The notes beneath the pieces were generated by a model. The model had not been told where the DNA came from and did no database searches. It saw only the letters and a program-made list of their open reading frames with translations. A stretch of DNA of 64,000 nt from assembly GCA_905178155.1 (NCBI GenBank), contig CAJINV010000016.1, positions 62,001 to 126,000 on the forward strand, in the 5' to 3' direction. Made by a program: the position numbers and the translations under genes. Source of the stretch: Amoebophrya sp. A120 (Eukaryota; Protista; Dinoflagellata). Positions 47,992 to 59,835 of this stretch are shown here, piece by piece. Position 1 is the stretch's first letter. Every line of letters begins with the position of its first letter.

Positions 47992-48677
47992 GAGCGCGGT
48001 AACAACTAAACCAACTAACTCGCCTCTCCGAGTTAGTCGTCCGGCCGGCCGAATCCGGGCGGCCGGACGACTAACTCGGCATTGTAAGTGCGAAAGTTAT
48101 TGCATATAGCAACTCCGGAGCCGGCGACCCCGGGCAGAGGTGTGTTTTGAAAAAACTCGTGGTAGGCGGCTAGGTATTAACTCGGGGCGACCACCAGCTA
48201 GCAGGCAGCTCGTGCGCGGAGGGGCTAACGATCGCGCAGTCGGCGACAGCCGGAATTCCTTATGCAGATTCGTGCTTTTGCGTATGCTATTTTTGCCATT
48301 GGGATCTTTTTTGAAAATCGTCGGGGCGACGTTTTCGCTTTCTTTGCAACGCAGGCAGAGGCCGCTCTGTCACTGTTGCGACGCAAATGATTTGTCGCGC
48401 GACTAATATCTACGGGGCGCAACACTTTTACACGCTTTCCGACTGAAGTGAGTTTTGTACCGAAAGCACAAAAACCATGCACAAAACCACACGAATTGCA
48501 TATGCTGCCGGGGCGTTTCCAAAACACACCTCCGACCGGAGTCGCCGGCTCCGGACTCGCTAAATAGGAAAGATGTCGCACTTACAGTGCCGAGTTAGTC
48601 GTCCGGCCGCCCGGATTCGGCCGGCCGGACGACTAACTCGGAGATGCGAGTTAGTTGGTTTAGTTGTTACCGCGCTC
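47992..48677. mobile_element. MITE-like element with ~160-bp TIRs, each containing a 20-bp hairpin
   Basis: 47992-~48150 inverted against ~48517-48677; flanking duplication TCATTCA (or CATTC if the TIR is read one base longer). Confidence 0.9.
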
Positions 48678-49763
48678 TCATTCATTTGTGCATGGGGACG
48701 CGCGGGCTCCGCGTGCTCCTTTACGTTTCGCAGTTGAGTGCTCAAAAGAGGAAAAGATAAAATAGAAGCTGAAAATGGGTAAAAAGTTTTGGGTCGGGTA
48801 GAGATTGGCTATTTAGCTTGCTGCTTTATTTTATACTTATAAAAAGACTAGATCTACTAGGTGGGAAGGGGGGACAATGATACTAGCGACGTTTCTTTCG
48901 AAGCGAAAAGGCGCTGAAATGGCGCAAAAATCGCAATGCCATCCCGGTCGGAATTCTTTTGTACACCGAAACACAATTATGAATATTCAGAATGAGGTGG
49001 AGGGAACAAAAGTTCTGTTTTGTTCGACCAAAACCAAAGCAAATCTTAGTAGAATCAGCGTTCACACGAACTGTTTGCACTACCCCGGTTGATCTTGATC
49101 TCGGCGTAGATCATCCAGCATGGAAACTAGGAGAGTTACACAATCTATCACTAGATCTAGTTGAACTTTCAACATAAATATTTGATCTTGATGACGAGTG
49201 GAAGAGGTGCTGTTGTGATGAACATGCAGGATCTTCCTGTGGTGAACATGCAAGTTGAACCTTGTAGATGACCCATCAAGTACAAAAAGCCATCGAGGAC
49301 GTAGGAGCGTGCGAAAAACGTGATAGGCGAGGCCGATTATTACCACACTCCTCAACAAAGAACCGTGCACTTCACAGAAGTGAAAGAACTGAAAGAAGGT
49401 CTTTGCTCGTCAGTCAAATGGCTTACTGTGCGATAGTTTTGCTTTCTTCTCACTCACACCGTTAGCGCTACTTCAAGAAAAACACGAGCTAGCGAAGCCA
49501 CCTTGCTTTGTTGGCTTACTCGAAAAGAAAAATAAAAAAGAACTATGAAACTGTCACATCAACCTAGGTGATGTAGGTCAAAAGTTATAATAAACTGAAA
49601 AAGCTTTGGATTGTCAAAGTTGTTCAAAGAACTGAGTTCGATCAAAGTTTCTACAAGCTAGAATTTTTTTTTTGACGAGCATGCGCTGAAGATCCATCTA
49701 TGTATACTTCGGTATTACTTATTTTCAAAAAGGCAGTCGTGTTGCTGATTTCGTGTCGCTTGC

Positions 49764-52700
49764 TCATCCCAACTCCATCGCCTCATCCCATGCGTCCGCT
49801 ACCAGATCTTTCATCGTCCCCTCGAAGCAGCTATCCAGCTTCCGCAGCATCAAGTCCGCCTTGACGCTATTGCTCAAGAGCTCCTGGAGCTCGGGGGAGA
49901 TTTTCAACGCGTTTTCTTTAGTGTCCAGCTTATTCGCCCCTCTATTGCTCCCGCCAGTGCCAGATCCCGTGGCAAACCCGCCTCCACTCGTCCCCGACGA
50001 GGTTGTACTAGATGATGTCGTAGGTAGTACAATACCGCTATACACTCGCTGCACTTCCCGCTGCTCCGATTCCGTCACTGTCCGCAAGTTGAACTTCTGC
50101 AGCGTGGGGAGCATGTGCAGAATTTGCATGCGCAACACCGATGCGGACATCGTTTCGTTGATCGGATTGTGAAAAATGGACAAGGACCTATGAACTGCAA
50201 AAGCATCGTACTTGTATAAATGCATCACAAATTTTCTCAGCATGAGAGAGAAAATTTGTCATGCGGATTTACCTTAAGAAAGACAAAGAGATTTGTAAAT
50301 GCAAGACTTGCATTTATTTTTATACGAGTACGATACTTTTGCACAGGATAGGACCGCAAATTCAACGACTTCAGCGGGCGGAGCTGGTCTAGGGACAAAA
50401 TTTGGTTCCTCGAGAAGGACAGCGCGTCCAATTGCCCGAATCTTGTCCGGAGCTTGTCCATACATTTTAAGACCGAGTTGATACTGAGAAAGAGAAATTG
50501 GATACTGGAAACCACCGCCTGGTACTCGTGTTTGTCCATCGCATCCAACCCTCTGCCGTAAATGAACAACTCAAACGCTTCTTCGCGTTTCACGTACCCA
50601 TACCTGGTTTGGGGGTTCTTGCCCTCCCGGGTATGACAGTGCACAACTAGTCCCCGTCTTCCTCATTTGTCTTGCAAAATCCCAAGTCCAGGCGCTGCCT
50701 TCTGGCCCGGTTTGCATGACAAATTCCGGGAGCTCAAACAGTACTACATCAGGCACATAAATATGTCGTGCATATGCTCCACGTGTGCTGATGTTTGTAT
50801 TGCTGTTCATCCCGTACAAATGAGGGGGAACGGGAGTTATGCACTCTCATACCGGGTGGCGTCCAGCCACTGTTGCCGGATGTCGTTCAGCACGTCGTGT
50901 CGGTATGCAAGACAAATTTCCCGCACATCTACAAAATGCATCACAAATTTGTTCACCAGCAACTTGGAGAGTGACATTTCTTGTCATGCTAAACTAGTAT
51001 CGAAGCCCAGTTTTGTCATGCAGCGATCGCATTTGTACGTCGTGGTCGTGTACGAGAAACTTTGCGGTGGGTAATCGCGAGGGGGCTTGTTTTTTGCCCC
51101 GTTTCGTCGTAGAGGTGCCTCCAGTTGCGGGCGTGGAGGGATGTTGATGTGTCGACGTTGCAGGAGTTGTTGCTGACGGTGGGTTCTCGAGAGGAAGCCC
51201 ACCACCACCGACTGTCACAGAACTTGTCGGCACGGCGATTTTATTTTTCGGTAGCTGGTCACTGGACTCCCGGGCGGGGGGTCGGGCGATGTTTTTGGAG
51301 ACTATGTTCGAGGTGGAAACGCCTTCTTTCGTCAACACTTGCCGAGGCCCAGGTTGCGGTGGTGCTGGTGCTGCTCCAGCACTAGAAGAACTTGCTGCAG
51401 CACCCCCTGCAGAAGAAGCAGGAGGACCAGATCCAGGCACACTTCCCGGCGTAGCTTCCGCAGGTTTCTGGTGTTTCTGGATGTGCTTGGATAAGATTTG
51501 ATCCACCATGGTGCCCGGGGTGATGAATTGGCTCTGGTCTGCAGTTGCTCCGACGTGCTGGTCAGCATTCTGAGTTGCTGTAGTGCCCCCGACTACTTGC
51601 ACCCCGGACAGGACCACGGTCGACGGTGGTTTCTGCAGCTGCAAAGCATTCTCCTCCTGCGTTTCAGTCCCTTGGTCACTGCTGGTCCCGCCCGTTTCGT
51701 CGGTCTCTTCCGCCTGGACAGAGGAGGAGTCAACCTCTTCAGCAAGTTGCTGCACTTCAGGCTCGGATAGGTCTATAACCTTGCTGGGCGGTTTTGTCAG
51801 TTTTCCCGATGAATCGACTTCGGGCATCACCGGCTGCACTTTGACCGACGGTGGTTTCATCGCTAACTGCGCAGGAGCAGCGAAAGGTTTATTTGCGGAT
51901 GAAATCGCTGGCTCTATCTCCTGATCGGTCACCGTCGCACTTGCATTCCGTCCCTGTTCCTGGTCGGTGGTAAGAGCTTCTTCAGTGGTTTGCTCTCCGG
52001 CGGTCGCGACGGGCTCTATGGTAGATTTCGACGTGTTCTTCACTTCGTCAAAGACTGATGGTGCTTTCGCTTGTTCATCCGCCCCTGTAAGTGGCGGTGT
52101 GAGAAGGAGATTGGATTGGTCTTTGAGCTTGCTGGACCCAGTTGAGGTTGTGAATAGTGGCTGTTGAAGATTCGTCCCCGCACCACCACCCAGATCACTG
52201 CTGGCCTGCTCTCCTTCTCGCTCTCGTCTACCAGCGCCGCCGCCCTCAGGACTAGTAACACTAGTAGCTGCTTGCTCGGAAACAGTGTTTGTCGCTGCAG
52301 TCGCGAAATCCACTCTTGCGAGAATGTCGCGTGGGTCGATGGTGGAACGCGGGACTTGGTTAGAACTGGACCGGCTAGAGCTGGACGAGGCTGCTGCGCT
52401 GGAGCTGGCTTGCGGGTGGTCGGGAGCAGCGCCGGGGTCGAAAGGTTTCTTTGTTTGATGCTGTTCGGATGGTGCCTGTTGTAAGGGAGCAGTACTAGTA
52501 CAGTTGACAACATGGATACTTGCACAATTGCGTGCCAAGTACAACTTCGCAAACAGACGTTCGAACTTTGAGAAGGTTCTTTCAAATTATTTGAAATCAT
52601 CTGCAAAGTCCTCGTCGCGTCGTGCAAAATCTTCTCTTGTACCTGTTGCTCCCCGGCCACCGCCCCCGTACCACTTCCCAACAAATTTCCGCTGCCGCTT

Positions 52701-54859
52701 CGACTCCTATCCATCTTGGTCGGGGACATGAGATCCTGCAGCAGCAAATCGCTTTCCGTTTGCGCAGCGTTGGTGAGAGAACCGCTTTTCCCTGACACCG
52801 GCCTCCTGCGACGACCAGCACTGGACCAGTACGTTTGATCCAGATCCTGTTTTCGTAGTTCGATTTAGTTGAGTGTGTGGTCGTATGCTCCTGCTGCAAT
52901 GCATCAATGTTCTCAAAGTCAAGGTAAAAGGAGAGTCGGTCTGTCATGCGATCCCGCCTTGCAAATAAAAACGCGCTACATTTACCTTCCTCCTCTGCTC
53001 GATATCCAGCGCCGCTGATTCGTACTTCTCCCCCATCCAGGATCCCTGCGGCGCTGCTTTTGCGGTGGCTTCCTGCGTTTTGTGTGTCGAAAATTTGTCA
53101 TGCAAAACCAGCCAAGAAAAAAATGATTTGCCATGCGCACCAACATGTCGAAAAGCAGATGAAGAAACCTAGACCACTTGATGTGTTTTACCTTCATCTT
53201 CTTTTCCTCCTCACTAACCAATTTCTCGTCCAACGTTTTCAAGGTTTCGCTGCACTTCAACACAATCTCCCTCCGGATTTCCTCCCTGTTTTTCTCATCC
53301 ACTAGCGGGTTGTTGTCCACACTGAGATCCACCAATTTCGTCATCTTGGCCACACACGCGATGCTGTTCAAGCTTTTCAGCTGATTGTGGGAAACGTACA
53401 GTCGCTGCAAGTTAAAACAGGTGATGTCTAGTCTTCCGAGGTGTTCGATCTTGTTCCTTCTCAGGTTCAGCTCGATCAAGTTCTCCAACAAATGCGGTAA
53501 ATTGAACTGCTGTTCAAACAGATTACTCGCTAAATTCAAAACCCGCAAGGGTGCCGGCTCGGCGAACGGCATTTCTTTCAGGCTGTTCGCGTGGAGATCA
53601 ACGACATCCAGTTTCGGTAGTAACGCCAAGTGTTCGACGCCCTTCTTGATCTTGTTCTTCCCGAGCATTAAAACCTTCAACGTCGGGACGGTTTGGAGGT
53701 TCTCGATGGTCTCGATCTGGTTGCCGTACAAATCGAGGAAAATCAAGTTTGGTAACGACACCAGATTCTCGATCTTCTGGATGCTGTTTTTCTGGTAGTT
53801 CAACAACCGGAGTTTCTCCTCCCCTTCGAGTAAGGGGCAGACCTGGAGTTTCCTGCGATCCAAATTGAACCGCTCCGGCGAATATTCCCGTTCCGCGGGG
53901 CTGCGGTAGACAATTAGTGGTAAATTAGGTAATTCCGCGAAAATAATCCGGTCCTGGCCCTCGACCGCTCGTACTACTCCGTGGTGGAGGAGAAAATGAA
54001 ACCGTTCGTCCTCCAAGCCCGATTTCGGAAATGTGTTGTTGCTGTTTTGGATCGCGTGTGCATTATTATTGTTTTGGTGTGCGGAAGAGGAAGATGAGGA
54101 TTTTTTGCTTGGATTGCCCGACGAGGAACTGTGGATCGGAAACCCACTAGACCCGTGGTTCAGACTGGACGCAGAACTGGCACTGCCGGAGGAAGAGCTG
54201 CTCGGTCGTTGCAGCAGAGACATCGTGGGCACTTGTTCGTTGATTGAAGAACCATTGGCGTTGGCAAAGCCGGCGGATTCTGATATCAGTTCCAGTTGTT
54301 GGGGTTGTGTTTTAGAAGATAGAAGGTGGCTTGATGTCAAAATGTCTTTGCGGTTTCGTTCGACGTTGTTCACCTTTCATGTGCACTACACGAGGACACC
54401 AACAATGCCTCATACAAAAAAAAAAAAAACGACACTCATCTTCTAAACAGGAGCAATACTATCCTTCTGCGCCAACTTCCCCGTCCCGCTTCTCTTCCAA
54501 TTTGACCCGCTTGTGGTCCCCGCAACTCCAATGGTCGATGAGCTCGAGCTGCTACTCCCAGCAAAGCCCCCAGTCGTGCCAAGCAAGCCTTCGACCCCGG
54601 AGACGCCGGTTGTTGTTCCATGATGCGATCCGCCATGTAGTAATCCCCCATGTCCCGCCGCACTAGACCCGGGTCTACTACTACTGGCACCTCCCGTCGC
54701 TCCTCCCTGCCCGGCGGGGGAGGTGATATGGCGGCCATGCAATCGGAACGTCGGACTGATCGCGTTTTTCAGAGGGCTGTTGGACTTGTTTTCCCGGGTT
54801 TGCGGCCGCAGGTGGGAGGACGTCGGCGTCGTAGCAGAGGGGTTATTTCCGCCATCCAT
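49764..54859 (-). CDS. LRRC49: Leucine-rich repeat protein 49-like (SDS22-type LRRs; tubulin polyglutamylase complex/centriolar satellite)
   Basis: PERFNLDRRKLQVCPLLEGEEKLRLLNYQKNSIQKIENL..LDLYGNQIE..LMLGKNKIKK..DLHAN; C-terminal ELFIYGRG..NPI..LPTLQKFN region; start and some conventional intron borders approximate. Confidence 0.85.
50189..50350. mobile_element. TIR introner, family B
   Basis: TSD GGACC. Confidence 0.92.
50632..50851. mobile_element. TIR introner, family F
   Basis: TSD CCGGG. Confidence 0.92.
50904..51073. mobile_element. TIR introner, family E (degenerate right end)
   Basis: Homologous to 17993-18149; TSD GTCGG/ATCGC. Confidence 0.75.
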
Positions 54860-56270
54860 TGTTCTTGCGATGACAGCTGCTGCGAGACCAGCACTAGCCT
54901 GCAATTAATACTCGCTGCAAGAAAGGACTTTCGTCCTTGTCCGGGCGAGTTATAACCATCGCAACATTTTTTCATATGGATTTTTCCACGAAATAAACTG
55001 CGTTCTTTACATATCGCAGCACCGAAAAGGAAAGGTCATAGGCATAGATGTATCTCGATGAAAAATGAAATAGCGTTGTGTAAAACTTGAATAGATGGCG
55101 ATGCGTTGTGATACGTTAAGTACGATGTTCAACACAAGCGCGAGCTGCAGGGAAAAAATACCACTATCTCTGTACTGTGCCTGGCACACGTCCGGATGGA
55201 AACATGTACTATGTAAGCAGGTTCCTATGGGCCACATCGTCCAAAACGCACTGGCCGCGTTACTTAGAAGCGCTTTTGGTCACCAGCAACAGAAGAAAAA
55301 CAACAAGATGAACTTGACGACAAGACTGGACATGTTGACGGCGGTGAACCGAGGCGGATGAAGACGAGATACCTGCCGAGCCAACTTCTGTCTTGGTGCA
55401 GGACGAAGACACATCTAACTGGCGAAATGAAAAAACAAAAGCGATCAAAATTAGCGTCCAGCGAAAAAGAAACTCGGGAGGACGTCGCTGGTATGATTCG
55501 CGATCACGCAGGGTCGAGTGACCCACGACAGCACCTACTACAGCAGGAGCGAAATAAAAAAACCATTGGTGTCTTAGTATGAACAGTGCAGGAAGTTGAC
55601 GTTGCTGTGAGGTGGACCCGCCAGCCGCGTTTCGTTGACACAATATATATCGCATGCGCATTCCGTCCATAGTACAACTCGTCCTTATTTACCGACACGT
55701 TGGACGCTAAGGCTGCTACAGGTCGTGCTACACTTATCCATCCGTTTGAAGTAGACGCCGGAAGCGGAACTTCCTTTCATTCAAACGTGTTCCCATGCCT
55801 CCTGCTACCACCTCGAGAGCCGGCATGTTGACCTGCGCTGAAAACGAACTAGAGTGTTAAGATGTAAAGATTTTTGAAGATGTACATGCATGTTTCAACA
55901 GAAATACAAGAAATTGGATATACTGAAATGTCAAAGTGAAAGTGTTGTGACTGTAAATTCAAAAGGTTTTCGATAGACAACTGTAATGGTTGCCATCAGC
56001 TGTTCGCGAATTGTGAACTCAATACTGGAAAACAAACTGAAATGCACTTCTACATGGTAATAAAGTAGCTGTAAGCAAACGTAGTAAATAACTCAATAAA
56101 GCGAAAGCAAAAAGTTGTAAAACATGAACAAACACTAGCACATTAGCGACGCCAACCGAGACGACCACAGAGTGATAAACTCCTCTCCACCAATGAAGGA
56201 GACAAAAACAAAGTTGATTCGCCTGCACCACCCCGCGGACCGAATTCGTATATCAAAAATCAGTCACTTC

Positions 56271-58656
56271 TTACGAAAAGGTCCACAGGGCGTCCGGATT
56301 TACCCCGCCGTTCCCACCCCCTTCGCTCCGGATGTCGATTGTTTTCCCGCCCGGACTGACGACCACTTCGCCGAATTGCGCCGACTGGATGTTGTCGCTG
56401 TTCGCGACGATGGAGCCCTTCAGCACGTTTTGGTACGACGAGCTCGCTATGCACTGCAAATGTATCGCACGACTCGTAGTAGTGCAATACAAATTAGCTC
56501 AGCATGACAAATGGAATTTGTCATGCTGATTTAGCTTGAAAAAGAAATTTGTAATGCATAAATGCAATTCGTACTACAATACTTTTGCAGTTCATACTCG
56601 CTACGGAGTCCCGGACGATCACGTCGTCGGCGTTCGGATTGATTTCGAAGTTATCAAATGTAAAAATGTCTAGGTCTGGAAGATTCTGAGACTTGTCATG
56701 CATGTTTTGCATGACCCAGGACGTCTGTAATGCACGCCCTAGCATAACAGATTTTGAGAGGGCTTCCTGATGCCTACTCCGCATGACAAACGCCCCCCCG
56801 CGTAGCACAAACTAGAGCCCTGTTGCTGGTCATGCAATACAGTGTTTTTTAGAGTGCGAAGTTAGCATCACAAGTTCCAACCTTCCAGACCCAGACATTT
56901 TTGCATTTGATAAAAGTCGGGGATGCGCGAAATGGACTTCTTGATGAGCGCCGCTTTGGCGGCGTAATTTGTGTTGTGCACCTTCTGCCGTTGCTCCTGC
57001 ATTTGCGTACGAAGCATAGCGGCCTCGAAGGGTTTATGGAGCTGTGCAAATGGTAGTTCTACTTCTACAGGATGGAGGTCGGGAAGAGGAAGGCAAAGAC
57101 TCGATAGATTTGTCATGGTCGGCTAGCATGACTCTCAAGAACTCGTCCGTCACGTATTGGTATTCTGCCGAAAGTAAAGCAATGTCATATTTTGATTTTT
57201 ATGCAGCACCATCATGTGAACTTTTCCGACCAGCGACCACCCCTAGACGAAGATCTATCATGTTTCCACTCGATAGGCCTCAGTGTGACCGCTTGCCCCG
57301 CCAACGTCCTCTTCGGTGTTGTGAGTCACGTACGCGACTTTGGTCACGCGAACGTTCGACGGGACTGATGAATTTGCAGTCGTGGCGTTGCTCTTGCTCG
57401 TAGATTGGTTCTTGCTCGCCCCAGCATTATTCGACGCTGCGTTCTTCTTTCCATTTCTGCTCCGCTGCGTAAAAACCGACACACCAGAAGCATTCTGCTG
57501 CGCCGTGGCGCGCGGATCGTTCCCGTCGAGTGGGGGGATGGAGGGGCGGGACGAGGTGTTTGAGTTCACGGTCGCCGCAGAAGCTCCAGCCAACGACCCC
57601 AGCGCTGCTTTCGCCTCCGCGACCAGTGTGTTCGAAACGTCGGAAACCGGCATGTTGGTGTGGCGCGCGATCGTGGGTTGTCTTGTGTCGAAAGGAGATA
57701 AGAAGTCGGTGTTTCGTTCGCCTTTCTCCTTTCCCGCGATCAGATCTTGTTCGTATTTCGCGTACCCGTCCGTGCGGAGTTGGGTTGTGTTGTTGCCGGT
57801 TTGAGAGGGGTCGGTGTCGAACGAGTGGCCGGTGATCCACTGGGTTGAATACCCGCCGAAGCGGACGGTGGACTGCTTGGCCGGCGGAACGGTCATTTGC
57901 GACTGGTTGTAGAGTGCGTTGATTGTGGAATCATTCCCAAGACCACTCTGTCCGACGAAATCAGGGTTTTGCGATAGCAGTTTGTTGCTCATCAACGCCC
58001 GTTTCGGCTCTAACTTGGAAAGGGCCCAGCAGAAGAACACCATCAGGCCGAAGAAGAGCAGATATCAAATGTAAAAGTGTCTGGGTCTGGAAGAGTCATG
58101 CTGTTTTTGCATGACACAGAAGGTCTGGCATGGAAGCTCTAGCGTCACAGATTTCGAGAAGCTTCCGCAATGCCGAATCCGCATGACAAGTCCCCTACTT
58201 TGCTGACAGAACGTGGGGAGCTTTTGCTACATATGCATGAGAGACTTTTCTGTGTTCTGAAATACGCATTACAAGTTGCATTCTTCCAGACCCAGACACT
58301 TTTGCATTTGATAGCAGGACGCAGAACGCGATCGTGAGCCAGACGTCCAAGCTCCACACGCAGGGCCAGGATTTTTCCGATAGTGCCACATAATTTTCGA
58401 GCGTGCCGGCCGCGGCTTGCTGTTCTTGAGATGTTGTTTCGGTGGTAGAAGTGTGTACTTTGTTCGCGATCTGGAGGAAATTGGTGGAGGACGAGGCCGT
58501 CGAGCGGGACAGGTTTTTCGTGACAAAGTCAAGAAATTCGGTCGCGGCGTTTACGGCGGTGTTGTCGAGGAAAGAGTGGCTGATCGACTGGGCTGCCGGA
58601 AGTGTGGTGCCACCATGGTCGTCCACCTCGACGATGTTGATTGCTTCAATGGACAT
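56271..58656 (-). CDS. Single-pass membrane protein of unknown function
   Basis: Splicing of 58063-58313 builds the hydrophobic stretch VWLTIAFCVLLFFGLMVFFCWAL; further exons 58057-~57290, ~57045-56913, 56651-56597, 56447-56271. Confidence 0.7.
56448..56596. mobile_element. TIR introner, family B
   Basis: TSD CTCGC. Confidence 0.9.
56652..56912. mobile_element. TIR introner, family A
   Basis: TSD GAAGT/AAAGT. Confidence 0.92.
58063..58313. mobile_element. TIR introner, family A
   Basis: TSD GCAGA/GCAGG. Confidence 0.92.
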
Positions 58657-59835
58657 GGTTGCTTTTTACTCGGCGAGGGTTTGAATTTCAGGTTTGTTTT
58701 AATGCGGAAAAAGTTCTCGTTGCAACAAATGTAAAGAACGCTTGTTGATGATGAACCATCAATGACATAGTCCTAGTCTTAGAGGGTCGGAGCAGGTCAG
58801 AGAGGTCACCACTGCACTGCTGGAGAGAAAACGGAGCCTCTTTTTCCATTTATTTTCAAATCAACGTACAGTAATGTTGGCGTTGCGAATATTACGAGAA
58901 ACCGAAGACAGAGAAGCATCATGACAATAGGACCGAGCTGTAACTGAAGTGAAGCGAAACTAATCCAAGGCAAACCGATCAACGTTTTGGTGTTTTCCAA
59001 CCGACACAGGCAAGCTGCGTTTCAGAATCAAACCGAACGATGCAACATTTCAGTGAGGCTGATACAACTCCAGCCCTAGCAAGCGGGAGGACGACGATGA
59101 AAATCAATATGAAACTACTTCTTTCTTACAACTCGAGAGGAGCAAGCTGCAGGAAGAGGGAGGCGCGAGCAAAGAGACCTGAGCGGGCTCTGCAGCTGCC
59201 ATCCTGATGGGTGCCATCCGATATGATTGTGCAACCTTTTGTTAATTACTTGTCATGGAGAATGTTGGCACTTCATTTGTCCTGTTCTTTTTGATGCTAA
59301 TGTAAGTAAAATGATCCCATTCCTATTCATAAGGCGACGCGGAAGGATGGGATAGTAGAAAAACCGCTAGTACACAAGAAATTGCGAGGTCCATGTTAAT
59401 TGTAAACTGATTTTTTCTGTGTGCAAACTTGGAATGGCTTCTATTTCGGTACTTTTCACCATGTTAACGACTGTTGTAACGATTGCTTTGCATCAAAACG
59501 ATCTAGTAGGTATGAACATGCGACAAGAATTTACTGCAAGATGTCATTCAATAATTTTCAAAAAGTGCTGACTGGAAGCTGCTGTCAAAATAAAACGAAA
59601 TATGTACTGAAAACTAACGAGAAACAGAATGTTATGCTGTTGCGATAAAATTGTAAAGATAAAGTAAGACGTAAGAGACCATTCGAAAAGTTTGTGAAAA
59701 TTCAAGCAAAATTTCAGTGGAAATCAAATATGTGATGTATACAAGTTGAAAAGTCTAATCTCGGATCTCGTCAATAAATCTCCAAAATCCTAAACCCCCA
59801 AACCCTCCTTCTTCATCTTCCCGCCACTACATTCC

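Noticed and set aside
59789-59806. Telomere-like CCTAAACCCCCAAACCCT (also GGGTTTAGGG near 496, 867 and 23517)
   Set aside because: At most two degenerate units each, too short to call interstitial telomere.
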